Origin: an uncultured bacterium
Lineage (GTDB): Bacteria > Patescibacteriota > Dojkabacteria > J137
Assembly: GCA_963700155.1 (NCBI GenBank)
Contig: OY969472.1
Location: 381,511 to 445,510, forward strand
DNA length: 64,000 nucleotides
Direction of reading: 5' to 3'
Shown: one piece after another, positions 10,495 through 19,430 of the stretch
Layout of the letters: each line of letters begins with the position of its first letter
Position numbering within the stretch: position 1 is the first letter of the stretch
The notes under the pieces: generated by a model
The model's input: only the letters and a program-made list of their open reading frames with translations
Told to the model about the DNA's origin: nothing
Databases searched by the model: none
Made by a program: the position numbers and the translations under genes

Positions 10495-10504
10495 TTTGTA
10501 CAAA
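10495..10504. promoter_or_regulatory. Palindrome TTTGTACAAA, candidate toxin-antitoxin operator
   Basis: TGTACA core as in YefM/Phd operators, about 30 bp upstream of the antitoxin start. Confidence 0.5.
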
Positions 10505-10549
10505 TTTTTGCCAAATGAATTCAAGTATGAAATAGAGTAAAATATAATT

Positions 10550-11017
10550 ATGGATAAAGATTTACGAAAACACATAGTCTATCTTCTCGAAGATGGTGGA
10601 GCTCATATGTCATTCATGGAGGCTGTAAAAGACTTTCCCGAATCTGCTATAAATCAGAAACCACCAAATGTAGAATATACTTTCTGGCATTTAATCGAAC
10701 ATATTCGAATCACACAGTGGGATATTTTAAACTTCTCTACAAATCCAGATTATAAATATCTAAAATGGCCTGATGAATATTGGCCTGCAAAAAATAAAAA
10801 GGTTACAAAAGAAGACTGGGATAAAACTATTAAAGCTTATCAAAAGGATTTAAATGAGATGATAAAACTTATAAAAAATCCAAAAACTGACTTATTTTCC
10901 AAAATTCCATGGGGTGAAGGACAAACTATTCTAAGAGAAGCTATGCTTATAGCTGATCATACTGCATATCATGTTGGCGAACTTGGGATCTTAAGACAGG
11001 TAACAAAAACCTGGTAA
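10550..11017 (+). CDS. DinB-family protein
   Basis: WHLIEHIRITQWDIL and DHTAYHVGE histidine motifs. Confidence 0.88.
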   Translation: MDKDLRKHIVYLLEDGGAHMSFMEAVKDFPESAINQKPPNVEYTFWHLIEHIRITQWDILNFSTNPDYKYLKWPDEYWPAKNKKVTKEDWDKTIKAYQKDLNEMIKLIKNPKTDLFSKIPWGEGQTILREAMLIADHTAYHVGELGILRQVTKTW

Positions 11018-11034
11018 CTTTCATTTATACAAAA

Positions 11035-12153
11035 TTATTTATTCTCTATAGGAAGATCAAACCAAAAGGTGCTCCCAACACCCTCTTTGCTTTCGAAGCC
11101 TATTTTCCCTCCATGCTGTTCAATAATATCTTTAGCTATTGATAAACCTATTCCAAAGGAATCTGGTTGCATCAAAGAAGCATTAGTTGCTCTAAAAAAT
11201 CTTGAAAAAATTCTATGTTGCTCTACTTCAGGAATACCAATACCTGTATCTGTTATTTCAAAATGTTCAGTATTATCAACTTTAGTAAGTTTTACTTTAA
11301 TAATACCCTTTTCTTTTGTATAGGTGATCGCATTATCTATTAGTGCCTGTATACTTATTCTCAATTTTTCTCCATCTCCTTGAATTGAGGGAAAATCCAA
11401 ATCTTGTGAAATAGTTAGTTCTATTTGAATATCTTTTAATTGTGCTTTCTCTTTAAATTCTTCTATAACACCCATTATAAGACTTTTTAGTGAGACCTCC
11501 TCTTTTATTAATACTAACCTACCTTCTTCAATATCCATTGCAGTTAGAAGAAGTCCTATACGATTTGTTATTTTTAAACTCGACTCGTAGGTTGCATGTA
11601 AAAATTCTTCCTGAGTTTCAGTTAACTTTCCAAACGAACCTTCCAATATAGACTCTAAATTCCAGTTTATTGCTGTGAGGGGTGTTCTTAGCATATGAGA
11701 TATTATCTGTACGAATTTTCCACGCAATTCATTTAGCTCTTGAATATGTGTTTCTGTTTTTTTTCGCAAAGTAATATCTCGACCTACAACAGAAGCACCA
11801 ATAATAACTCCTTTTTCGTCATGTACTGGCGTAACTGAAAATTCAACATTGACAGGAGTTTTATCTTTCCTTATCCAAACTGAATCATAATCTGCAATAA
11901 CTTCCCCTGCTCTTACTTTTTCTAAAATTTTTGTAAGTTCTTCTTTAGGGTTTTTTTCAAAAAGTTCTTCCATTGATTTCCCGATTACCTCTTCAGCAGA
12001 ATATCCAAACATTTTTGTTGCCCCGCCATTCCAGCTAGTAATTATACCTTCAAGGGTTTTTCCTATAATTGCATCATGAGATTCTTCAACAATAGCTTGG
12101 ATCTTTCGAAGTTTATCTATATTTTCATTTCCTAAAATAGTAGTTTCGCTCAT
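11035..12153 (-). CDS. Orphan PAS sensor histidine kinase
   Basis: PAS (DAIIGKTLEGIITSWN), SHMLRTPLT, DTGIGIP, GIGL, GSTFWF. Confidence 0.93.
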   Translation of the reverse strand: MSETTILGNENIDKLRKIQAIVEESHDAIIGKTLEGIITSWNGGATKMFGYSAEEVIGKSMEELFEKNPKEELTKILEKVRAGEVIADYDSVWIRKDKTPVNVEFSVTPVHDEKGVIIGASVVGRDITLRKKTETHIQELNELRGKFVQIISHMLRTPLTAINWNLESILEGSFGKLTETQEEFLHATYESSLKITNRIGLLLTAMDIEEGRLVLIKEEVSLKSLIMGVIEEFKEKAQLKDIQIELTISQDLDFPSIQGDGEKLRISIQALIDNAITYTKEKGIIKVKLTKVDNTEHFEITDTGIGIPEVEQHRIFSRFFRATNASLMQPDSFGIGLSIAKDIIEQHGGKIGFESKEGVGSTFWFDLPIENK

Positions 12154-12215
12154 AGTAAAAGGGTACCATAGGATGAATTTTACTTCAAATTATTAAATTA
12201 ATCTGAAAGTAGAAT

Positions 12216-12479
12216 TTATTTTCTTCTTACAACAACTATTGAGCAGTTTGTTAAGACTGCGGCTAATGCTCCGACTGCTGCAAGATATGGAGCTAAAAGT
12301 ATTCCAACAACTCCTAGAGTTACAGGAATCTCCATTACTGAATCACCTTTTTCATTTTTAATGATGATTCTTCTTGCATTACCTTCGTTAATAATCTCTT
12401 TGACTTTCTTTACAATATCGTCACCATTTAACTTATATTCTTCTGTTGTTGTTTCAGAAGTATTTTGTGTATCGTCCAT
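12216..12479 (-). CDS. DUF4342-like small protein
   Basis: KVKEIINEGNARRIIIK...EIPVTLG plus hydrophobic tail. Confidence 0.8.
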   Translation of the reverse strand: MDDTQNTSETTTEEYKLNGDDIVKKVKEIINEGNARRIIIKNEKGDSVMEIPVTLGVVGILLAPYLAAVGALAAVLTNCSIVVVRRK

Positions 12480-12527
12480 AAGAAATATATTTAAGATTTA
12501 AGTAACTATATTATCTCATATAAAACT

Positions 12528-12554
12528 AAAAAGCGCCCATGAAATGGGCGCTTT
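12528..12554 (-). terminator. Intrinsic terminator of the ribosomal protein operon
   Basis: AAAGCGCCCAT-GAA-ATGGGCGCTTT hairpin with U-tract on the minus strand. Confidence 0.85.
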
Positions 12555-12580
12555 CAAAATCAATTTTAATAATTCTATTT

Positions 12581-12979
12581 TTAACGTTTTGAATACTGCT
12601 CTGCTTTTCTAGCTTTTCTAAGACCTGGTTTCTTTCTCTCAACCATTCTAGGATCTCTAGTCAAAAGTCCAGCAACTTTCAACTGCTTTTTCTTTTCAGG
12701 ATATTTCTTAACAATAGCTCTAGCCAAACCTAAAACAATAGCCTCTAACTGAGAATTATGCCCACCTCCATTAACCTTTGCTGAATACATAAAATCTCTT
12801 AAATCAAGTTCAGCAACATCAAATGGCATACTCAACTTTACCTTCTCAACTGAAGATCCAAAAACCTGCTCCAAAGGCTTCTCATTAACAGTACTCTTTC
12901 CAGCTGTACCAAATAATCTTATAGTAGCAACTGAAGTTTTTCTTCTTCCGATTGTATAAACAAAATCTTTACCTGCCAT
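12581..12979 (-). CDS. rpsI: 30S ribosomal protein S9
   Basis: GRRKTS, LLTRDPRMVERKKPGLRKARKAEQYSKR. Confidence 0.98.
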   Translation of the reverse strand: MAGKDFVYTIGRRKTSVATIRLFGTAGKSTVNEKPLEQVFGSSVEKVKLSMPFDVAELDLRDFMYSAKVNGGGHNSQLEAIVLGLARAIVKKYPEKKKQLKVAGLLTRDPRMVERKKPGLRKARKAEQYSKR

Positions 12980-12997
12980 ATTATTTTATATCCTTAA

Positions 12998-13444
12998 TTA
13001 TAATTTAATTTCCTTAATATTAATTAACTCAGGTTTCTGAGCTTCATGATCATGATTCTCATCTCCAAATATTTTTAGATTTGCAAGCATCTCTCTTCCT
13101 CTTTTTGTTCTAGGAAGCATTCCTTTTACAGCTGCCTCAATAGGCTTTGCTGGAAATTTCTTTATTAAATCTTCCAAACTTACATATCTTAAACCACTTG
13201 GATATCCTGAATAACTTTTATAAAACTTTGTCATTCCTCTCTTTTCAGTAAAATCAATCTTTGATGCGTTAATAATAACAACCTTATTCATTGGTTTGTG
13301 ATAATTTCTCATCTTTGGATTATTCTTACCTTGCAATAATTCTGCAACAGTAGAAGCTAATCTTCCAATTCTAAGTCCTCTTGCATCAACAAGATACCAC
13401 TTCTCTTCAATTTCAGATTGTTTTACAGATGTAACGCTTTTCAT
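12998..13444 (-). CDS. rplM: 50S ribosomal protein L13
   Basis: WYLVDA, GRLAS, SGYPSGL, AVKGMLP. Confidence 0.98.
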   Translation of the reverse strand: MKSVTSVKQSEIEEKWYLVDARGLRIGRLASTVAELLQGKNNPKMRNYHKPMNKVVIINASKIDFTEKRGMTKFYKSYSGYPSGLRYVSLEDLIKKFPAKPIEAAVKGMLPRTKRGREMLANLKIFGDENHDHEAQKPELINIKEIKL

Positions 13445-13468
13445 TTATATATATTTAAATACTATTAA

Positions 13469-13963
13469 TTATTTCTTTTTTGCTGCTGGCTTTTTTGAGC
13501 CTGATACAGCTTTTTTTAATCTTCCACCAACTGATTTCTCTTCTTCAGTCTTTTTTCTCTTTTCTAATAATTTCTGAACTCTTGTCTGTTTCTGCTTCTC
13601 TTCATAATTTACTACCATTACATAAGACTGATCAGCATTATCTCCTTTTCTTGGAGTTGTTCTGATAACATGAGTGTAACCAGAATTTCTATCTCCAAAC
13701 TTTGCTTCAACTAATTTATAGAATTTGTTTAAAATTCTTTCATTAGAATTAAAATAACTCTCTAAAGTATGTTTACTTGATGGTTTCTCATCTTTAGCTT
13801 TTGTTACTAACTTATCGAATTGCGATTTTAAAATTTTTGCTTTTACAGGTGTTGTTTTTATCTTTTCTGCTCTAATAAGCTCAATAACCAATGATTTTAA
13901 AATCGCTGTTTGATGAGCCTTTGTTTTTCCCTGCATTCTGTATTTTTTGTTTCCCTTATTCAT
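13469..13963 (-). CDS. rplQ: 50S ribosomal protein L17 (divergent, Lys-rich tail)
   Basis: KIKTTPVKAK, RNSGYT, RKGDNA; follows rpoA. Confidence 0.93.
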   Translation of the reverse strand: MNKGNKKYRMQGKTKAHQTAILKSLVIELIRAEKIKTTPVKAKILKSQFDKLVTKAKDEKPSSKHTLESYFNSNERILNKFYKLVEAKFGDRNSGYTHVIRTTPRKGDNADQSYVMVVNYEEKQKQTRVQKLLEKRKKTEEEKSVGGRLKKAVSGSKKPAAKKK

Positions 13964-13982
13964 CTCTTTAGTATAAAAAACT

Positions 13983-14957
13983 TTATATTAATTTAATTTC
14001 GTATTTCTTCAAAGTATCAAGTAATTCTAAGAATGATTTATTTCCTAAACCTCTAATGTTAGAAAGCTCTTCTTCAGTTAATCCTTCTAATTTTCTCAAA
14101 TCATCATAACCTGATTTCAATAAAGCATTTGTTAATCTTGTTGAAAGATGAAGATCAACTACTCTTAAAGGTGGTTTCTTTTCTGTCTCATTCAAGATTA
14201 CATTATTCATGACACTTTTTTCCTGATTATTCAATTTGATTGTAATTTCTTCACCTGTTAATAAAACTTTTGAAAGCTCATTTAATCTTTCTGTCATTTG
14301 ATTAACAATATCTGATGCTACATTTAATGCTTCTTCTGGTGTAACCGCGTTATTTGTTTGAACTGTTAAGTTTAATTGATCTAATTCAGTTTCTTTTCCA
14401 ACTCTGGTTGATGAAATATCATAATTTACTAACTTTACTGGTGAAAAAGATGCATCTAATGGAAGGATTGAGATCTCTTTCCTTAGTTCTTCATTTGATA
14501 ATGCATATCCAACACCTCTTTCAACTGTTAATTGAGCTTTGAACTTTGACTTTCCACTAGTCAGTTTTGTAATTACATATTCAGGATTAATTATTTCAAC
14601 ATCTGAATTCTTTTCAATATCACCTGCTGTTATTTCAACAACTTGTCCATCTTTTCCTTTAACATCAATATTTAATGTTACAGGCTCTAAAGTCTTAGAC
14701 ACTACAACAATATTCTTTATTGCTAAAAGAATTGTTAAAACATCATCAGGAACTCCGTCTAATGTTGAATATTCATGCTCTGCACCTTCAATTTTTACCC
14801 CTGTAATTGCAGAACCAGAAATTGAAGAAAGCAAAACTCTTCTTAAAAAGCTTCCTAAAGTGTATCCATATCCCTTTGGTAAAGGTCCGATTTCAAAAGT
14901 AGCAACATTGCTTGTTGCATTGACCTTTTTTATATTGAACTGATTTAATGAAATCAT
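13983..14957 (-). CDS. rpoA: RNA polymerase alpha subunit
   Basis: GYGYTLGSFLRRVLLSSI, HEYST, DASFSPV, LSTRLTNAL. Confidence 0.98.
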   Translation of the reverse strand: MISLNQFNIKKVNATSNVATFEIGPLPKGYGYTLGSFLRRVLLSSISGSAITGVKIEGAEHEYSTLDGVPDDVLTILLAIKNIVVVSKTLEPVTLNIDVKGKDGQVVEITAGDIEKNSDVEIINPEYVITKLTSGKSKFKAQLTVERGVGYALSNEELRKEISILPLDASFSPVKLVNYDISSTRVGKETELDQLNLTVQTNNAVTPEEALNVASDIVNQMTERLNELSKVLLTGEEITIKLNNQEKSVMNNVILNETEKKPPLRVVDLHLSTRLTNALLKSGYDDLRKLEGLTEEELSNIRGLGNKSFLELLDTLKKYEIKLI

Positions 14958-14995
14958 AATTATTTTTAAAAATAAATATTATTATTAATTTAAAA

Positions 14996-15595
14996 TTATC
15001 TAGAGTAAAGCTCAACTATTAATCTTTCTTTAATTGTCTGATCCATTTGATCTCTTGTTGGTTCAGCAGCAACTTTTCCGCCTTTTTCAAGTTTTTCAAC
15101 CCATTTTGGTGCAGGGAAAGCTTTATTCTGCTCAACAATCTCCTTTAAAAATGGAGCATCAAATAATGAATCTTTTATTGTTAATTCATCTCCTGCTTTT
15201 AATACAGTTGATGGAACATCATGTTTCTTGCCATTTAAAAGTATATGACCATGACTAACAAATTGTCTTGCCTGTGCTCTTGATGATGCAAATCCTAATC
15301 TAAATAAAACATTATCTGTTCTTAATTCTAATAACTGTAAAAGTCTTGTGCTGGTGTTTCCAGGAGACTTTGTAGCTAATTTATAGAATCTTCTGAACTG
15401 TGCTTCATTCATTCCATATATTTTTTTAACTTTTTGTTTTTCTCTAAACTGAATTGCGTAATCACTAGGTCTTTTCTTTAAAACAGGAAATTGACCTGGT
15501 AAAGACATTCTTCTTTTCCATTTCTCACTTCTACCTAGAACTGTTGTTCCTTCTCTTCTATTTACTTTCCATTTTGAACCTGTGTATCGTGACAT
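14996..15595 (-). CDS. rpsD: 30S ribosomal protein S4
   Basis: MSRYTG, REKQKVK, LELRTDNV, ARQFVSHGHI, IVELYSR. Confidence 0.98.
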   Translation of the reverse strand: MSRYTGSKWKVNRREGTTVLGRSEKWKRRMSLPGQFPVLKKRPSDYAIQFREKQKVKKIYGMNEAQFRRFYKLATKSPGNTSTRLLQLLELRTDNVLFRLGFASSRAQARQFVSHGHILLNGKKHDVPSTVLKAGDELTIKDSLFDAPFLKEIVEQNKAFPAPKWVEKLEKGGKVAAEPTRDQMDQTIKERLIVELYSR

Positions 15596-15620
15596 ATTTA
15601 CTTTAAATTAATTAAAAATT

Positions 15621-16037
15621 TTACTTCTTTGGTGCCTTTCTTGGCTTGACTCCTCCATGTGGTACAGGAGTTCTGTCTGCTAACATTGTAATTCTTAATC
15701 CTGCAGATCTAATTCCCTTAACTGCTGCTTGTCTTCCAACTCCAATTCCTTTAATAATAACTTCTGCTTCTCTTGCTCCTGCTGTAATTGCTTGAGAGGC
15801 TGCATCTTCTCCAGCTCTTGTCGCTGCATATGCAGTACTTTTTTTGCTTCCTGCGAATCCAACTTTTCCACAGCTACTTGCAGCAATAACATTTCCTTGA
15901 TAATCAGTAACGCTAACGATTGTATTGTTATATGTTGAATTAATCTTTACCAAAACTTTTGGTGAAGTTAATTTTGACTTCTTTTTCTTTTTTTCAGTTA
16001 CTTTTGCTTTTGCCTGAACCTTTACTGCTTTAGCCAT
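15621..16037 (-). CDS. rpsK: 30S ribosomal protein S11
   Basis: STYNNTIV, GSKKSTAYAA, DRTPVPHGG. Confidence 0.98.
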   Translation of the reverse strand: MAKAVKVQAKAKVTEKKKKKSKLTSPKVLVKINSTYNNTIVSVTDYQGNVIAASSCGKVGFAGSKKSTAYAATRAGEDAASQAITAGAREAEVIIKGIGVGRQAAVKGIRSAGLRITMLADRTPVPHGGVKPRKAPKK

Positions 16038-16060
16038 TATCTTAAATTAAATAATTAATA

Positions 16061-16444
16061 TTAGGTCTTAGTAACCTTTACTTTTAATCCTCCAACTGCC
16101 AAATGTCTTCCTTTTCTTGTTCTTCCATTACTTCTTGTATTCTGTCCTCTAACTGGTAATCCAGATTTATGTCTCATTCCTCTATAACTTCTAATATCTT
16201 TTAATCTTTTTATTGCTTGAAAAACTTTTTGTTTAACCTGACCTTCTGTTGGAATATTCTTTTCTATATATTCATATAATCTTTGAATTTCTGAATCAGT
16301 TAGATTTTTTACTCTTGTATTTGGATTTATGTTTGTAGCTTTTAAAATCTTTTGAGATGTAACTAATCCGATACCAAATATATAGGTTAATCCGATTTCT
16401 ACTCTTTTTTCATTTGGTACTTCTACTCCGACTATTCTTGCCAT
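16061..16444 (-). CDS. rpsM: 30S ribosomal protein S13
   Basis: MARIVGV, LTYIFGIG, YRGMRH, LPVRGQNTRSNGRTRKG. Confidence 0.98.
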   Translation of the reverse strand: MARIVGVEVPNEKRVEIGLTYIFGIGLVTSQKILKATNINPNTRVKNLTDSEIQRLYEYIEKNIPTEGQVKQKVFQAIKRLKDIRSYRGMRHKSGLPVRGQNTRSNGRTRKGRHLAVGGLKVKVTKT

Positions 16445-16466
16445 TTAAGCTAAATAATTAATAAAA

Positions 16467-16619
16467 TTAACCCTGTCTTTGTTTATGTCTAGGGTTTGAT
16501 TTGCAATATACATAAAGTGTAGGCTTAAAAACCACTTTACCGCGGCTTACAACTTTTTTATTTCTCTTTACAAAGTAACAATCTTTGCATCTTTTTTTTA
16601 CGCTAGCTCTTACTTTCAT
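16467..16619 (-). CDS. rpmJ: 50S ribosomal protein L36, elongated (50 aa)
   Basis: Manual translation [50 protein letters not shown]; canonical position between infA and rpsM. Confidence 0.97.
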   Translation of the reverse strand: MKVRASVKKRCKDCYFVKRNKKVVSRGKVVFKPTLYVYCKSNPRHKQRQG

Positions 16620-16690
16620 ATTTAATTGAATCTTTAATTAAGCTTGCAAATATAGCAAATTTTATCCCTATAGTAAATAAGTATAAACAA

Positions 16691-16987
16691 TCATGCTGCT
16701 TGAACAACTTCCTGTTGGGGATTACGTCTGCTTGTTAATCTTCTGGTAATTATACCTTTATCAATATCATAAAGTGAGATTTTTAGTCTTACTTTATCGC
16801 CTTTTTCTAGTTGAATGAAATTAGTTCTCATTTTACCAGAAACGTGGCATTTTACTTGATGTTTTATTCCTTTAAACTCTATTTCTGCTACATATATTAA
16901 TTCAGGTAAAGCTGAAACAACAACTCCTTCAAATTCTACGTAACTATCATTTTTTGGTTCCTTCTCTTTATTTTTTTTACCTGACAT
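16691..16987 (-). CDS. infA: Translation initiation factor IF-1
   Basis: EGVVVSALP, HVSGKMRTNFI, GDKV, YDIDKGII; probable start MSGKK at 16987. Confidence 0.95.
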   Translation of the reverse strand: MSGKKNKEKEPKNDSYVEFEGVVVSALPELIYVAEIEFKGIKHQVKCHVSGKMRTNFIQLEKGDKVRLKISLYDIDKGIITRRLTSRRNPQQEVVQAA

Positions 16988-17062
16988 ATTTTTAGCTAAG
17001 AATTTTAACAAATACTAAGCGTTTAATCAATTGTTATTAGGGTATTTGGTGATGATTTTAGC

Positions 17063-17869
17063 TCAATTGAAGTGATTTTTTGTCTTTTCTTTAAAAAACT
17101 GCTTGTTTTTTGCAATAATTACACCTGTGATGATCAAAATTACTCCTAAAGTAATTCCTGTTAATGATGCAGCCTCATTTGAAATTGCAGTATTTGGAAT
17201 TGTTACAGTTCCACCTGCAGTACTGCTACTGCCTGTAGTACTTCCACTAGACCCAGAGCTTGAGCTACCACTATCTCCGCCTGTTATTGGGGTTCCACCA
17301 CTAGAAGTTGAGGATGTAGTATTTGTCTGTACCGTTACTTCATTAGTTGTAAAAGTTAAAGATGAGCCATTTGATCTTATCAACTGTGTTCCATCAGTTC
17401 CTTGTACTACTTTTATTTGTGGAGAACCTTCAGATTGTGCCTGAAAAGTAATTTCTGCTACATCTTTATTCACTTGGAAAGCATTTCCACTCTGTGTTTT
17501 TGCATCCAATGTAATTCTTCCCTCTGAACTTACATTATTATCTTTTTCAATATCTTCTAAAGTGAAAACATCATCTAAAAGCTTTATTTGTGTACCTGCA
17601 GTTGTTGTATCTTGATCAATAACTGAAAGTTTTGACTTGTCATAGTCGATAACAATCTTATATTCTCCAATTGTTAAACTGTTTGTTTTTACCTGTACTT
17701 TTACAGTAAAAGTATCTCCAATTTTTACTGATGTTTTATCTGATGAAATTAATACACTTGAAGTAACTCCTCCACCTCCACTAATTTCAATAGTTCCAAA
17801 AGTAGGCTGTGCTACTCCGTCTAGACTTTGCGCTTGAACAATTGGTATTAATTGTATGAATTCCGACAT
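17063..17869 (-). CDS. Cohesin-like surface protein with Ser/Gly/Thr linker and LPxTA-like anchor
   Basis: VKIGDTFTVKVQV...IDYDKSKLSV; IPNTA followed by a TM helix and basic tail. Confidence 0.7.
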   Translation of the reverse strand: MSEFIQLIPIVQAQSLDGVAQPTFGTIEISGGGGVTSSVLISSDKTSVKIGDTFTVKVQVKTNSLTIGEYKIVIDYDKSKLSVIDQDTTTAGTQIKLLDDVFTLEDIEKDNNVSSEGRITLDAKTQSGNAFQVNKDVAEITFQAQSEGSPQIKVVQGTDGTQLIRSNGSSLTFTTNEVTVQTNTTSSTSSGGTPITGGDSGSSSSGSSGSTTGSSSTAGGTVTIPNTAISNEAASLTGITLGVILIITGVIIAKNKQFFKEKTKNHFN

Positions 17870-17914
17870 GACTATATGATATTATGAAATCATATTAGAT
17901 ACCAGTAGTAAATT

Positions 17915-18745
17915 ATGAATAATTCTTTGGTATGTGTTGTAATTGTCACATGGAATAACGAAAAGGACATTGAAGAATGTCTCTCGAGTCTTCAAAATCA
18001 AACATATAAAAATTTCAAAATTATTGTTGTTGATAATAATTCGGATGATCAAACTTGCGAAATTGTAAAGAAATTTTCGGAAGTTGTGTTGATTGAAAGG
18101 GAGAAAAATTATTATTTGACTGGAAGCAATAATTTTGGGATTAAATATGCTTTCGAAAATTTCCAACCTGAATATATACTTGCTTTGAATCCTGATACAA
18201 GAGCTGAAGATAATTTAATTGAAGAATTAAAAAATGCAGTGGATTCTAATGAGAACTATGGAGCTGCAGGTCCAAAGATTAAATTTTTTAAGAATGAAAG
18301 TGAAGGTTTATTAAATTCCGCTGGTTTGATATTTGACGGCTTCGGACAAGCTTATGATAGAGGTTTTAAAGAAGAAGATCATGGCCAGTTTGAAAAAGTT
18401 GAAGAAGTTTTTGGAGTGAGCGGAGCTTGTATATTGTATAAAGCTAAGATGCTAAATGATATCGGTTTGTATTGGGATATGATAAAAATGTATCTTGACG
18501 AAGTTGAAATGTTTATCAGGGCTCATAAAAAAGGATGGAAAGTTGTTTATACTCCAAAGACCACTCTATTTCATAGCTATATGCAGTCAACTGATAAAAA
18601 CAAGTTGTTTAGTGCTGAAAAGCAGAAAGCGCGAGCTTGGCTTTTAATCGCACTAAGACATTATGATTTTAAAGCCAAGCTCGCCATGATCGGCAAATAT
18701 ATTGACTTCAGGCTCGAAGGACTAATGAAAATTACTCAATCTTAA
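17915..18745 (+). CDS. GT2 glycosyltransferase (WbbL-like)
   Basis: VIVTWN, VVDNNSDD, LNPD, GVSGAC. Confidence 0.9.
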   Translation: MNNSLVCVVIVTWNNEKDIEECLSSLQNQTYKNFKIIVVDNNSDDQTCEIVKKFSEVVLIEREKNYYLTGSNNFGIKYAFENFQPEYILALNPDTRAEDNLIEELKNAVDSNENYGAAGPKIKFFKNESEGLLNSAGLIFDGFGQAYDRGFKEEDHGQFEKVEEVFGVSGACILYKAKMLNDIGLYWDMIKMYLDEVEMFIRAHKKGWKVVYTPKTTLFHSYMQSTDKNKLFSAEKQKARAWLLIALRHYDFKAKLAMIGKYIDFRLEGLMKITQS

Positions 18746-18761
18746 ATTATTTTAATATTTT

Positions 18762-19295
18762 ATGAATCCTGAAGAATTTTATTCATATTGTCCTCACTGT
18801 GGGACAAAATATGAAAATAAAACAAAAGAAGCATTAAAATGCAATAACTGTGGCTACAATTTTTATATGAACGCAGCACCTTGCACAGGTCTGATCTTTT
18901 ATTCAGAAAATGATCACCACAGAATAATGCTTGTCAAAAGAGCTGTGGATCCTTCAAAAGGGAAACTAGATGTAGCTGGTGGATTTTTAGGATTAGAAGA
19001 AACATTTGAAGAAGGGCTTCAGAGGGAAATTAAAGAAGAATTAAATTATGAGATCGATAAATCTAAACTTGAATATCTGACTTCATTTTGTGTAAGGTAT
19101 CTTTTTCAAAACGTTAACCATCACCTTGCATGTAATGTTTATATTTATCCAATTGATGAATCGATTAAGTTTGAAACTTTAGATGATGTTGCAGGTTTTG
19201 AATTTTATAATATCAACGAAATCAAAGATGAAGATTTAGCTTTTGAAGGCTTGAAATCAGTTTTGGAAAGTTATAAATCAAAAATTCTAAAATAA
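18762..19295 (+). CDS. Zn-ribbon NUDIX hydrolase
   Basis: YCPHCG...CNNCG, GGF...ETFEEGLQREIKEE. Confidence 0.9.
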   Translation: MNPEEFYSYCPHCGTKYENKTKEALKCNNCGYNFYMNAAPCTGLIFYSENDHHRIMLVKRAVDPSKGKLDVAGGFLGLEETFEEGLQREIKEELNYEIDKSKLEYLTSFCVRYLFQNVNHHLACNVYIYPIDESIKFETLDDVAGFEFYNINEIKDEDLAFEGLKSVLESYKSKILK

Positions 19296-19315
19296 TTACT
19301 CAACCTTGGTAAATC

Positions 19316-19418
19316 TGCTATAATCCTTTTGTACTAATTCTTTCAAAAATTCGATGACAACAATAATGTTATAAAAAATTTAAGCAGAAGATTTTAAATC
19401 TTCTATTTTTTATATTTT
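19316..19418 (+). promoter_or_regulatory. erm leader: extended -10, mini-ORF MTTIML* (19354-19374), terminator-like hairpin
   Basis: TGcTATAAT at 19316-19324; AGAAGAT-TTTAA-ATCTTCT at 19386-19404 followed by a T-tract. Confidence 0.55.
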
Positions 19419-19430
19419 ATAAACATTACA

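Noticed and set aside
865-13497. Shared TTTTGCTGCTGGCTTTTTT between infB and rplQ
   Set aside because: Explained by low-complexity KKPAAK peptides in both proteins.
17205-17335. Tandem repeat in the cohesin-like gene
   Set aside because: An ordinary Ser/Gly/Thr linker with no exact nucleotide periodicity.
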